Assembly: GCF_006345805.1 (NCBI RefSeq)
Contig: NC_042997.1
Span: 38,254,001-38,318,000 of the forward strand
DNA from: Octopus sinensis
Lineage: Eukaryota
Reading direction: 5' to 3'
Length of the DNA stretch: 64,000 nucleotides
Numbering within the stretch: position 1 is the first letter of the stretch; each line of letters begins with the position of its first letter. Both the position numbers and the translations under genes were made by a program. Below, in pieces: positions 28,723 through 42,010 of the stretch. The notes under the pieces were generated by a model, which made no database searches, was not told the DNA's origin, and saw only the letters and a program-made list of their open reading frames with translations.

Positions 28723-29475
28723 TTTACACACTACAGAAGCCCCAACGCAAATTTGGCAGTACGTATAATATTACTGCTAGATAGCACAGGCTTAAATCTG
28801 AAGGTGGACGATCTTTATTCTGTACTCTACTATGTCTTAGCATAATGTAACCTAACTAATATTGACAAAAAGAAAAAAAAACGGTAGAAATCGCTTTTTA
28901 CATCAGAGTGCTTTCGCGTATCAAAGGGTGGAGAAAGTGTAACCTTGAGTACTCACTAAAAGACATCCCTATACCAACCAAGAAAGAATACTTAAAACAA
29001 CGATCAACCAACTGGAGCTATTTCATAGTAAGAATGCCATGGAAATAATTCTTCTTTGATGAGATCAACACGCAGGATCACCAGCGTCAATAGACTTTGA
29101 ATTACAACGCCTTTTTGATACACTGGGTGGTTACTTCTACCTCGCAAGCCACGACAGGCAGAAAGGATGCACTGAAAAGCGAGAATTTGAGTTTAAAGAC
29201 AAGATCTCATAATGCAGATAAACGGTCCCATAACCAAATATCTGCAAACCTGGAGCACTACGCTGCGTGGAAACAATTGTAGAAATTTCAAATAAATGTT
29301 CCCCTGTGCTCCTTGTTGACTCCAACTCATTCAATTATCCGTTCACACATTACAGAAGCCCCAACGAAAATCTGGCAGTACCTATAATACTACTGCTGGA
29401 TAGCAGCGGGTGAAATCTGAAGGTGGACGAGCTTTATATTGTATTCTACTACGTTCTTAACACAATTTAACTTAA
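28723..29475 (+). mobile_element. Penelope-like N-terminal remnant between two ~133-bp direct repeats
   Basis: Direct repeats at 28723-28855 and 29342-29475. Between them YSLKDIPIPTKKEYLKQ..RMPWK*FF (28950-29058). Flanked by (TA)n on both sides. Confidence 0.55.
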
Positions 29476-29533
29476 ATATATTATATATATTCATACATAC
29501 ATATATATATATAATATATATATATATATATTA

Positions 29534-29574
<41 letters not shown>

Positions 29575-30464
29575 AGATTGCCGTTAATTCATTCTTTCTT
29601 GCCTGTTTGTGTTTGCCTTTCAAATGCTGTGCCTTTACTGTGATCTCCCTTTTAGTAGAAGAAATAGCTATAATCTCTTTGACTGCTACTTCTAAATTTG
29701 GTGTGTGGTAAGGCAATTCGTTGCTAAACCCTTAATTGCTTAGTATTACTTATATATATATATATATATGAATAAATAAATAAATGGAGTTGAACGAAGA
29801 TGTTAACAAATTTTAACGAATTTTCCATGTTGAATGTAAACATAGGATAATTCATTCACCTATCGAAATATATATATATATAATATATATATATATTATA
29901 TATATATATATGTATGTATTTATGTATATGTATATGTGTATATGTTTGTAACTGTGTTTGTCACACGCACACGCATACCTCTTGAGAACCGATGTCGGTG
30001 TGTTTGCGTCCCCGTGACTTAGAGGTTCGGCAAAAGTGACCGATAGATTAATTACTAGGTTTTTTTAAAGAAAATAATAAGTCCTGGGGTCGGTTTGTCA
30101 GACAAAAAAAAAACTTTCAAGGCAGTGCTCCAAGCATGGCCGCAGTCAACTAACTGAAACAATTAAAAGAATGAATAATTAAATACGAATTTATAAGTTG
30201 TTAATTGATGTAATAACTCAGTACGTGGTTCCCTTTTCGTAAGCTCAAAAACCCAAACATTTTTGTGAAGTGTTGCTGTCTTTAGAGGTAGTGGTTCTTT
30301 CAGCAAACAACAAAACATATCCGGAATCGTATTGCCAAAAAGGAGACATTCACTCCCCTATATTCCCTTGGTAGCTACTTTTAATGAATTCAAATTTCAG
30401 ACGTATCTCTTCCTTTTTTTGTATTTACCGGAAGTATTCATTTGAATGACTGGTTTCATCACTT

Positions 30465-30945
30465 TTTTACCATTTACTTGTTTCAGCCATTGCACTGCTG
30501 GTATGCCGGGACACCGCCTTGAAGTGTTTAGTCGAACGTATCGACCCCCAGTACTCATTCTTAAGCCCGGTACTTAATCTATCGGTCTCTTTTGGGCAAA
30601 CCGTCTAGTCACAGGGAAGTAAACAAACCACCACCGAATATCAAGCAGTGGTGAGAGACAAACACAAAGACATGCACACCTAAATACATAATTTTGTTTT
30701 GTGAGTGTGTGTGTGTGTCTGTCTGTGTGTGTGTGTGTGTCTGTCTGTGTGTGTGTGTGTGTGTATGTGTGGTTGTGTGTGTGTGTGTGTATGTCAATTT
30801 TATTTCAGTCTACCATATCCACTCACAAGGCTTTGGTCGGCTGGGGGTTTTAGAAAACACTTGTCCAAGGTCCCATGCTGTGGGACTGAACCCGAAACAA
30901 CGTGAATGAGAAGCAAGCTTCTTATCATACAACCATGCCTGCGCC
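30465..30945 (-). mobile_element. Older, diverged SINE S1 copy (other fragments at 268-398, 21290-21600, 29970-30170, 37390-37940)
   Basis: Colinear with S1 but with many substitutions; carries the AAGAAGCTTGCTTC variant head. Confidence 0.75.
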
Positions 30946-31405
30946 AGACCGTTAATTCTATTTGATTAATTAAAACGTGTATCAAATATTTTCGCCAGTA
31001 CTTTACTGTTACCTTTTTTTATACATTAAATCTCCGTAAATATTCCCTCTATGCTATTTTTACAATCTATTACGCAACTGAACGTTCATTCATGAAATCT
31101 TCTACACCCCTCTAATCATTCGGAAACCACGGAGTCATGGTTAGACTATTATTTGCTAATAAGGTCGCATAAGACCTAAACCCACCTAGAATTGTCACTG
31201 TGTGACTATTATAAGAGGCACTCATTACAGTATTCCACATTGAATTAATTTGATTAAAGTTTCTGGCTTGTTTCTTCAGCTTGTATTATCAGAAATAATA
31301 ATTCAGGCAATGATCGTTCACGTCACAAATATTGTAATTTAATTAAACAAAACTCCTCGGCTTATATCAACTATGCAAGTAGTTATACCACTAGTAGCTT
31401 TATGT

Positions 31406-31795
31406 GGAGGCGCAATGGCCCAGTGGTTAGGGCAGCGGACTCGCGGTCATAGGATCGTGGTTTCAATTCCCAGACCGGGCGTTGTGGGTGTTTATTGAGC
31501 GAAAACACCTAAAAGCTCCACGAGGCTCCGGCAGGGGCTGGGGTGGCGATCCTTGCTGTACTCTTTCACCACAACTTTCTCTCACTCTTACTTCCTGTTT
31601 CTGTTGTACCTGTATTTCAAGGGGCCGGCCTTGTCACTCTCTGTGTCACGCTGAATATCCCCGAGAACTACGTTATGGGTACACGCGTCTGTGGAGTGCT
31701 CAGCCACTTACACGTTAATTTCACGAGCAGGCTGTTCCGTTGATTCGGATCAACCGGAACCCGCATCGTCTAAACCGACGGAGTGCTTCCATCCC
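31406..31795 (+). mobile_element. tRNA-derived SINE family S3
   Basis: Head GGAGGCGCAATGGCCCAGTGGTTAGG..GGTTTCAATTCC; 11-bp TSD AGTAGCTTTAT at 31393-31403 and 31796-31806. Confidence 0.9.
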
Positions 31796-32999
31796 AGTAG
31801 CTTTATAGATTGTGATAAACTTGTTGTTGACCGCTGTAGCAAGTGGTGTCTGATGTATCTCAAATTAAGGTGGGAAGAGTGTAGAACGAACCAAGGTGAA
31901 GGCTTATACTTCCATCTTAGCAATCTTGATGTTTCAGCTTCTGAATAACTTTTATTTTCTCTGTATTCCCAGTAGTTTTATTTAATTGCTTCACATGATT
32001 CTAATAAAATTTATTCTTTTTTCACTGTAAGTAAATTTCTTATTTGTTAGAATATTGATTATATATATTTCTTTAGGCTCATTTGTTTATTTTATTCTAA
32101 TATTTGCTTTAATGGTTTTATTTATTGAAACATCACATGATTACCTTCATTAACTAGTACAGGTGGTTTATAGTTAATTTTCACTCCTCCAAACGATAGA
32201 TGCAGTATATATCTTATACTACTTCTCAATAATTTTTCTTCTAATTTGAATATGCTTCTAGCACCAATGATCTCACATAGAAATGTGTCTTTTAACTGCT
32301 AAAACTAAAATACATTGGTTTAATATTTTATCCTTGTATCAACAAAATATTGGAGCTTCACTGCGTCTGCACATCGTACACAGCATTTTTTCATAGCATA
32401 TAAGAGCGCATTAGCAGTTACCTTTATAAGTGATGAGTTTTTACTAGCAAATATTCATGAGAACAAAGATACATGTATCTCGAATGAGTTAAATACTATG
32501 CGTCTTCATCTCAATTTGGTGCAGTTTTCCAGCATTTATCCAGAACAATTCTTTCTCTTACCTTTTTCTCTAACTCACACCCAAGTCTACTGGAAAACTA
32601 GTCTTAGAATGTTTGTTTTTGTAACATGTTTCATTTTAATTTTGTTTTCAAATTAATTCATGTCATCACATTAATAATTCAAGAAGCTATCTTTAACTGC
32701 ATTCAACACCTGTGTTGCTTAAGTAGTAATGCGCCGTACATATACTTTCAATTATGTACAAGTTGATCTAAAGACAGAGAAGTATGTGTTTAGTCATAGC
32801 AACGTGCTCGTTTACAGAAACAAGTTTTAGAAATTATATTCGGGAATCCGACGCTCTATACACCCAAGTGTGAATCTAACGACTTGAATTTTATAGTAAT
32901 AACTCGAAATTGATCAGTTACCAAAACGTATATTTATGAATTGTTTAGGACTGACTTATGAAATATCTCAAGTCACTTATTTTGTAGTTACAAGCTAAA

Positions 33000-33840
33000 C
33001 AAATTCGTGCTGTTTATGAATGAGTTTCGTCGTGGAACCAAATCATCTCAGACAGCTCGAAATATCAATGGGGTGTTTGGTGAAGATGTGATGAATGAGC
33101 GCACTGTACGTCGATGGTTTGAGAAGTTCTGGTCTGATGACTTTACTTTTGAAGATCAGCCCCGTGGTAGACCTGAGATCAAGGTTGATAATGATGAGCT
33201 TGAAACTGTAATAGAAGCGGATACATCTCAACTGTATTGGACCAGCTGAAACAAATCGGCAAGGTAAAGAAGCTGGACAAGTGGGTACCACACGAACTGA
33301 ACGGGCATCAAATGACAAATCGTCTTGAAACTTTGCTGTTCTTTACTGCCACGGCATAAAAGTGAATCATTTTTGCATCGTAGTGTTACATGTGATGAAA
33401 AATGGATTCTTTTCTACAATAGCAAGTGTTCTTCACGGTGGTTGGATAGAGACGAAGTCCCTAAACACAATCCCAAAACAAGTATTCGCCGAAAAAGCTA
33501 AAGATGTCTCTTTGGTGACCCAGCGCTGGTGTCATTCCCTACAGTCTCATGAGACCTGGTCAGACAATCACAGCGGATGTATACATCAACCAACTGGGTG
33601 AAATGATGAGTGAACTTACAATTAAACGACCGAGATTGGTCAATAGAGACAGGCCAATTCTCTTGCAAGACTATGCTCGACCACTTGTTGTACAAAGAAC
33701 GCTACTCAAGTTAGAAGAACTGAACTTGGAAGTACTCTGTCGTCTGCCATATTAACCAGACCTTGCACCAACTGACTATCACGTTTTCCAGGCATTAGAC
33801 AAAATTTTGCAAGGAAAAGGCTTCAAATCTGAAGGAGATG
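33000..33840 (+). pseudogene. Mariner transposase pseudogene
   Basis: Motifs across frames: TARNIN..TVRRWFEKF..RGRP, WVPHEL, VTCDEKW, LLQDYARP and PY*PDLAPTDYHVF. Confidence 0.9.
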
Positions 33841-34027
33841 CATCCTTTCATGACCTTTCGTGACCTTTATGGTTTCATAAATTTGGTTTCATAAATTTGC
33901 TTTTCGAAATTTGAATTCCGAGTGACTTCATTGAACCCTTTGCAACAACCATTTTTGAAACTTTTTGGAAGCAATTATTTCATTAACTTTTTAATTAAAT
34001 AAACTTTTTAATTAAATTAAATATATA

Positions 34028-35457
34028 GTGGTGTCTATACCCTTTACCCACCACTCGCCGTCCATATTTTCCGCATACTTCTGTAATATCCGTACGTACT
34101 CCGTGTCTGCTAACACGTACATAATGTTCTCGGACAGACCCTTCACTCCCGTTATATCTACCTTTACTGCTCCGTCCTACGAGTCCAATTCATCGCACAG
34201 TTCTTCATTATGCCCATTATACATTATGACATATTTTTCTTTACAGGGCGGAGGTGGGTAATTTTGTGGCTCTTGTGTGTTAGTACATATTTTCTATGTC
34301 AGACAGGGCATGAGGAGGATTGGTGTCTGTAGGGAGTGGTTGCGGTAAAGTGGCTGTGGGTAGGGGCCGGGTTGGTATGGGTTGGAGGTCATCCTTTACC
34401 ACATGTGTCTGCCTCCTTTTTTTTTCTTCTTCCCTGCTATCTCCCAGTTGGTGCTTGTCTCCTCTTCTTCGATGGTGGTACTCTGTAACACCATATATCT
34501 TTTTCCTCCACGGACGGTGGATCATCTACCAATTTCTCATTCTCCTTAGCCTTTTCTGGTGGTAGAGGGCACTCCGCTCTAATGTCGCCTGAAAGGCCAC
34601 ATTTACAGCATCTCGGAATTCTTCCTCCGACTCTAACTTTCAACGTTGTGTCTCTTACTGTGATGTTCTCTATCATCTTTTGTATATCTTCATCCGCCAC
34701 TTGTACCAACATATCAAGTGTTTCTACCCGCCAGTTCCTATGCGGTTTTCTGGTAGCCTGTAGGCCCACCACCTTCTCCTCCTTACCTAGCAGTATGGCA
34801 GCCACCAGCCAGGCTACATTGACCTCCAGGGTTATTTCCTCTACCCTAACCCTGGAAGGTAAAGGGGCAGAAGAAATACTTCATTAGTTTTCAGCGGTGT
34901 TGCTGATTGCAGCCTCGCGATAGCTACCCCCAAAATGGCACCTCCACCGTTCCAAATTCTCTACTTCTGGCAAGGTAGGTAATTCTTTGCCCGGTTTGAG
35001 CGCCTTTTCCACCTGAACTGTTGACATAATTTCAATCTTTCCGGCTGCTATCGAAAATGTTCTATAAATGATGATTTTCTCGATTTCTTTTCTTTTCACA
35101 CTTATTTGGGGTGAAAAGGGAACATCTTCACGTCGTTCCTCTCCCTTTTAAGTATTTCCTTGAACTTGCTCAGCCCTTTCAGGTTTGTTTGATCAATTTC
35201 TTCTTCCCTCACCCCCGCTGCATAATTCTTCTTTTCAATAACCTTATTGACTAATTCCGACGGCGACGACATATGCTCCGAGGAAGGGCAGCCCTCAACA
35301 CTCCAGATAGAACAATTCAATTCTTCGCAACTTCTTGTTCGACGTCCCTCCATCACAAGAAGAAAAACGTCGCCAAAAAAGAAAAAAAAATCACGCACAG
35401 CCAAAAAACACGTCTATTTCGTAGAAATACAACAAACCGAATGAACTCTGGATAACC
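34028..35457 (-). mobile_element. ORF1-only retroelement, copy A (3' end lost)
   Basis: Colinear diverged homolog of copy B (KNYAAGV, LKGLSKFKEILKRE, VGGRIPRCCKCGLSGDIRAEC = degenerate CX2CX4HX4C). Shares the 5' end (G/A)GTTA(T/G)CCAGAGTTCATT. Confidence 0.65.
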
Positions 35458-35472
35458 GGAAGCAAGCTTCTT

Positions 35473-36965
35473 TAGTTTATGAAATTGGTCATAAAGGTCT
35501 TACATAGAGGGGGCAGCACAAGGTGAGGACAAGAAAAAATGAATGGAAATGAAATTATGCAATGAAAGATGAAATTGAATCGCTCGGCCCCACCTCCGGT
35601 TGACTTCATTGATCCCTTGCAACTCTCTTACTCCTGTTGTGTCCACTTTAATTGCAGTATACCATGTTTCTATTTCTTCATATAGTTCTTCAATAAGCCT
35701 GTTGTATAATAGAATGTATTTTCTTTCTCAGGGCAAGGTGGGGGGCTTTGGGGCTCCTGTGTTTTTATGTTTGTCTTCGTGTTAGTCGGAGTGTGGAGAG
35801 TGTTGGTGTCCGCAGGGAGTGGTCGGGGTAGTGTGTGTGTGGGTGAGGGCTGGGTGGGTGTGGTTGGGGGTCATTTTTACCCATGTGTGACTTTTTCTCC
35901 TCTTCCTGCTTTTTTCTCCACCATTTCCCACCTGGTATTTCATTCTTCCTTCTCGATACTGGTGCCTGTCTTCTTCTGTGGCACCTCCTCGTTACTTACT
36001 TCTTCCTCCATGGCCTGTAGAGAACTTACCACTCTTTTACCCTCCTCAGCCTTTTCCAGTGCTGAAGGGTATTCATGCTCTAATGTGGCCCATCAGGCCA
36101 CATTTATAACATCGTAGAATTCTTCCAGTCACTCTAACTTTCAAAGTCGTTTCACCCACTAAGATGGTTTCTACCGTCTTTTCTAGGTCCTCCTCCGTGA
36201 CTTGCACCAACCATCATTTCCAGGCTTTGACCACTCCAATTCCTTTTGGGTATTCTGATGGCCTGCAGGGCCATCAACTTCTCCTCCATCCCCAGCTGCA
36301 CGGCAGTCACCAGCCAGGCTACATTTACTTCCGGTGGTATGTCCTCTACTCGAACCATGGTAGTCCGTCTCCCAAGGTACACGGATAGCAGTACAACCTC
36401 ATTTATTTTCAACGGTGTAGCCGAGTACAGTTTAGCTGTTGCTATCTAATTAAACTACACCTCCACCGTTCCATATTTTCGACTTCTGGCCAGGTAAGAT
36501 ATCTCTTGTCAGACTGGCCTTAACACCTTTTCCACTTGTGCTGCCGACACCACTTCTATCTTCCTTGTTGTCACCGCATACGTTCTGTAGACGATTGTTC
36601 ACTCTACCGTATCTTTTAACAGATCTTTGTGAGGTGGGGGGAACCTTCATATTGTCCATCTCCCTTTCAAGCATTTCCTTGAACTTGCTTAACTCCTCCA
36701 GACTTACGTCTTCAATTCTTCCCGTTGCCACTGCTGCGTAATTGTTAGTGTCCATTTGCTTGTCAATCTTCTCCAAACACTTTGCCAAGTCCTCCTCAGA
36801 CGCGACTCAAATTCTGAATAAGACTTATACATTTTTCACAACTCTTCACACGACGCCTCTCCATCACACAAAAGGAAAAACTTTGCACAGCCAAAAAAAT
36901 CCGCACAGCAAAAAAAAAGGTCTACTTCGTACAAATAAAACAAACCAAATGAACTCTGGCTAACT
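35473..36965 (-). mobile_element. ORF1-only (HAL1-like) non-autonomous retroelement, copy B
   Basis: Frameshifted gag/ORF1-like frames (NNYAAVA, YLGRRTTMVRVEDIPPEV, decayed zinc knuckle), with no RT or endonuclease. Bounded by a perfect 15-bp direct repeat at 35458-35472 and 36966-36980. Confidence 0.65.
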
Positions 36966-37685
36966 GGAAGCAAGCTTCTTAACACACAGCCACGACTGAC
37001 ATATGTATGTGAAAGTGTGTATGTGCATAGGGGTACACTGCCTATTGTTTTGTATATCTTTGTATAATATTTCAATAATTTCATATTAAAATTTACTGGA
37101 CTCCTTTGAATTATTTGATTATTATTTTACTATGGAGCTATGATGTATTCGAGAGGTGAGTTGGCGGCGCTTCATTAACTTGGTATGGAATCTTCTTTTA
37201 TTCTTTGATATAAAATCTGCTGTCAAAACGTTCTTGATTATTGAAGGGCAGAAGTTTTTAAATGATGCTGCGGTCAATTTTCTTTAATTCAGGTACACAT
37301 CTCTGTTTGCTATACGAATCTTATTACTAATTGCGTCTTGCTAACGCTTGTTATGGAAATGGTGCTGCGTGTAACATATCTTTTATTTCTGTGAGTCATT
37401 TAACTGAGGCCATACCGACTTGAAGAGTTTTAATCGATCGAATAGAATGGTATCGAATTAAACGTGGTACTCAAACTATCGGTATATTTTGCCAAACCGC
37501 CAGTTACTGGGACCTAAACTAACACACACACACATACACAAACACCTATCTATCTAATACATATATATATATGCATACATATATATATAGATATATATAC
37601 ATATTATATATATATATATATATATATATACCATATAATATATATATATACTATATATATATGTATATATATATATATAGATATA

Positions 37686-37739
<54 letters not shown>

Positions 37740-37752
37740 TATATATACATAT

Positions 37753-37785
<33 letters not shown>

Positions 37786-39192
37786 AACGGGCTTTCTTCA
37801 GTTTCCGTCTACTAAATCAAATCACAATGCTTCGGTCAAACTGCGGCTATAGTAGAAGACACTTACCTAAGGTACCACACAGTAAGACTAAACCCGGAAT
37901 CATGTGGTTCAGAAACAAGCGTTTTTTACGCCAAAGCACACCTACGTTTATATTGATATATAGATATATAAATATTTGCAAAATTGTTGTTACTATGCGG
38001 TCCACAGAATATTAATTTCTTGTTTATGTCATTTCATATGTCATCGATAGTTTTCCGTCTAGAGTATATCAGATTATATTTAATTCAATAAACAAATATG
38101 ATGCTTGAAAGGTAATTTCGTTTGTTTGCTTCTTCATTTTAAATTTCTTTCAACACGTGGTTTGAGTAATATAAGTTACACATTACACAATCCATGCATG
38201 TGTTCACGCTGTCATATCGTATTTCCAGAAAAGTTAGTGATTGCTTCGTGGCAGTTCGGACCAACCCCGAATGAAAAACAGTTAATTACAAGAATGAAGC
38301 ATCCTCCAAAACTGATATCCTGTTAATGAAAGATATTCAGATACCTTGAATAAAAGAAGACAGCTGTGCTGATTGCATTTATTTAGGCAGAAACACGTAT
38401 CAACATTTGCCGCTTGACTCCTGATAATTAAGCTCTCTCTAAAAGCACAAGGATTTGGCAGGAAAATGTTCTAAGTAATGCAAGCTGAAATCCAGAAGCA
38501 ATGTATCGGGTAGTTAGGGGTAAATGCTGGTGGCGACGGCACACTATATATGTTACAATTTCTGTTCTTGTGTATATAAATTGCTCTACGGGTTATAAAC
38601 AAAGGCTGGTAGCTGCAGGTAAAAGAGTTAATAAACTCGGATATTAAATGCCGAAGCACAGCAGGTTCTTTACTCCTCTACAGCAAGTCATTTGAGAGAG
38701 CAGTCTTGTCAAACGTTTTCTCCAGCTTTCGCAGATTGTTTAAAAGTAATCTATAACATAAAGTGCTCTCAACATATAAACAGATAGAATTACAAAGTAC
38801 AAGATAAAAAGATAAAAATAAATTATTCCATACATTTTCCCTAGAACAGGTGAAGTAATAACACCTAATGTACGCATACATTTATATATATATATATATA
38901 ACTTTATAAGTGCTAATCAGGTAGGGTTAGTGTTAGGGCTAAAGTTCGGGACAGTTAATGACTATGGCATGAAAAATAGTACTACAATGACTTTTTCCTG
39001 TCAATCTGGTTAATCGTACTTTTAGAATTATTTTAAGGCATCATTATTTCCATTACCTAAGTTTTGCAAGAATTGTATACCTCATTGTTATGCCGTGAGA
39101 AACTCCCATATTTTGAAGTCAGGACCAAGATATGAAAACAATAGTGTGAGAATTTCTTATTACCTTTTACTAATATTCACAGTTTAGAAGAA

Positions 39193-39200
39193 TATATAAA
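39193..39200 (+). promoter_or_regulatory. Candidate TATA box for the signal-peptide exon
   Basis: TATATAAA about 60 nt upstream of the ATG at 39257. The AT-rich background makes a chance match possible. Confidence 0.35.
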
Positions 39201-39256
39201 TGCTTATCATTGCATATAGAATTGTATCTGGAATCGAGAAGAGAACAAGGAACATC

Positions 39257-39350
39257 ATGTCCAAACTTCTAATAGTCATCGCATCTGCTCTACTTGCTGT
39301 CATTAGATCAGTAACTGCCTTGCACCCGCCATTTGTTCCTCACACAACTT
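39257..39350 (+). CDS. Probable first coding exon of a secreted protein (signal peptide)
   Basis: ATG in ACATCATG context; translates MSKLLIVIASALLAVIRSVTA-LHPPFVPHTT (basic N-terminus, hydrophobic core, V-x-A cleavage motif). Ends in a phase-1 GTAAGA donor at 39351. TATATAAA lies at 39193. Confidence 0.65.
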
Positions 39351-39769
39351 GTAAGAAGTTTTTACAATTTCATTTATAATTTTATGTTCTTCCTTTACGT
39401 ACGTAAAACTATAAAAATATGCTTTCTGTGAATTTAAAGGAAATTATACATGAGTGTCATTTGGAAAGTAAGGTAAGACGAATACATTTTTTTTCTTTTG
39501 CAACTTCAAGTCGCTGGCGCTTTATTGCGAGAGGAAAAATAAGATAAAAATGCAACTGAATCGAAATATCTCGTCTGAAATATCATATGAATACATATTC
39601 ACAAAATATAACTATAGGCTATAAACAATATTGCTCACAAAACTGGTAACAACTTCATATTTTATCATTGTTCTGATATTTCATATATAAAAGTACTGCT
39701 AACTGGAACGTTCTTACTAAATGACTAACACTGTAAACTGATCAGAGAAGTTGGATTACACGAAAGACC

Positions 39770-40420
39770 TAAACCTTAATCCCCTAGATTCCCCCACTTT
39801 ACCCTAAAACACCATAGACGAAATTTCTCTATGAAAACATTCATTAGGCTTCTTTACTCAAGAAAATTAGGTCTGAGTCGAATTAGAAATTGCCCTAAAG
39901 ACGGCTTATCCCCATGGTAAAAAAATAACGTTATACTTTCATTTAGAAGAATCTTGGCGTCACCCACTCCCTTTCTAAAAAATCGAATACATCTTCCAAT
40001 TAAACACTTTTAATTATTTAGTCTCCATATTCTCCATTCTATTAAATAACGCTTAATTTCCGCAAGAAAATTTGTGCCCCCATTCTCGGTCGGACGTCGA
40101 CATCATCTTAACAGCTAAAAAACACTCCAGTCTTTTCAAAACACATGCTGGTTACGAAATTCCAGCATCAACTACTTTAGGGCCCCTATGTGTTCCTCGA
40201 ACGCTGACTAAGTCACTGATAAATCTCTTTCTTCTATTACAAATAAATTAGCACTTTCTCTGCCTTTCTGGGGTATTTATACAGGTATGATTATCTTCTT
40301 GTAGACGGGAGGACATCGACTGAACGTATCCGAAAAAGACCTTTACAAGTTCTTTAAAACTTGAACATAGTACTAGAGAACCTAACTTCTTGGATGTGAC
40401 TTTCGACTTAGTTTCCGGTG
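39770..40420 (+). mobile_element. Highly decayed Penelope-like RT remnant
   Basis: Remnant motifs APMCSSNAD*VTD, YLYRYD and NFLDVTFDL occur in the same order as in the 6.7-kb remnant. Confidence 0.5.
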
Positions 40421-40818
40421 GTGTATATTTCGTTTGTCACTGTTATTTATGACAACCCTAACCCTAAAAACTTAGGCCTAACCCTAATACCCTAACCCTA
40501 AACCTTAAAGCTAAAACCAGTAGAAACGCACGAACGATGTCATAAATAACAGTGACAAACGAAAGATGTACCGCCGATAGTTGTTGTTTACAAACAACGG
40601 CAGTAATTTTATTCAGCTGAATACACGTCATTGATTGGTTGAAATTACCGAAATAGGACAACTTTAACATGAAATAACTTCGTAAATATAAGTTTTTCTC
40701 AAAAATGCTAAGAGTAAAAGATGTTTTATATGACGCATTCTACCAGTGTCCGAAGTTTGAAAGTGTTTAGTTACAAAAAATTATTTTTTTTAATCTGTCG
40801 GTCAAAAGGTAAAGATCC
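40417..40818. mobile_element. Non-autonomous DNA element with an internal inverted repeat around telomere-like (CCCTAA) units
   Basis: 27-bp perfect inverted repeat at 40428-40454 / 40538-40564 enclosing CCCTAA-like units. The terminus at 40740-40818 recurs inverted at about 42530-42608. Confidence 0.55.
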
Positions 40819-41615
40819 GAAAATCCCTCTTGTTCGTTCAGTTCAAGTAATTTTCAGAAGTTGATTAACTTGAATATAAACTCTTATGATTTAACTAATA
40901 TTATATAATGATTATATAGATAAAATATAGCTGCAGCTGAGTTTAAACAAGATTAAGTATGATGAAACAAATGGCAGGTAACATAAAGATTATCACTGAA
41001 CTCGGATTAGAAAAAATCCTATCAGAAAGAAATATCGGACTGTTTGTTAACAGAAATGTTTGAATGGAGCTTGACAGAAGATAAAAACCTAACAGAAACC
41101 TTAGTAAAATATACGTATTAAAAACCAGGAATACGACGGAAATATTTATCCCCAAGTACACTTACATATAATACTAAAAAGAAAAGAGATTGCTATTGCT
41201 TTCGTTTCTTTTCTTTTCCTCATAGACTACAGCACACAAAGGCGTTTTCGTTAAGAATAGGGAAAAAAAATCTTTTTTTTTTCTTTGCTACGCAAATGCA
41301 ATATAGTTTGAAGCTGAGTCGGCATAGATCTATTATTGCACCAGATCTATTATTATGCTTGAACAATTACCAGAATGTAGAAGCGATGACTTAGCTTTGT
41401 TTCATATATCAGTTGTTAATAAAAATCAAAAGATGCCGTAACGTTATAGCAATGGTAAATTTAGATTGCCAAGAATCACTAAGAAACTACACGACTACGT
41501 TGAAGTTGTTCGAAAAAAATCATTATAGTGTTGGGCTAATTATTCCACCTTGAAATTGACAACGCAAAGTTTGCTTACGTTTTCTTTAATGATACGTTGT
41601 AAGACAGCGAACAAA

Positions 41616-42010
41616 TCTTTATATATAAAAGTGAAGTTGTGTGCTGTCTGTCTCCTATGATTTAGATTCCTAACTACTCCCACATTTTGCGGTGCAGTGT
41701 AACCAAAAGCGGGTATCTTATAGTCGTGATTCATATCGAGCCCTTCTGGGTATTAGCGCGCGTCTACGATGAATCTACGATTATACTTTACCATCATTTT
41801 TTTCCATTTTAATGCATTTTTTCGCTATTATATAAGGGAAGTAACTCTCTAAAAATGTCTACGATGAGTCAACGATTTAAAAAAAAAACTTACCATCATT
41901 TTTTTTCCATTTTTAATGCATTGTTTTGCTATTTTTTGGCTATAACTCTCTAAAAATGCTTATATAGTTATTTCCCTTACAAACCCGAGCAACGCCGGCG
42001 ATACTGCTAG
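41616..42010 (+). mobile_element. Non-autonomous Helitron
   Basis: 5' A|TCTTTATATATAAAA; subterminal GC-rich hairpin CCGAGCAACGCCGG; 3' CTAG|T; internal ~100-bp tandem duplication. Confidence 0.75.

Noticed and set aside
31406-31480. tRNA-like sequence (also 54116 and 61277)
   Set aside because: These are SINE heads with TSD-bounded bodies and no complete cloverleaf.
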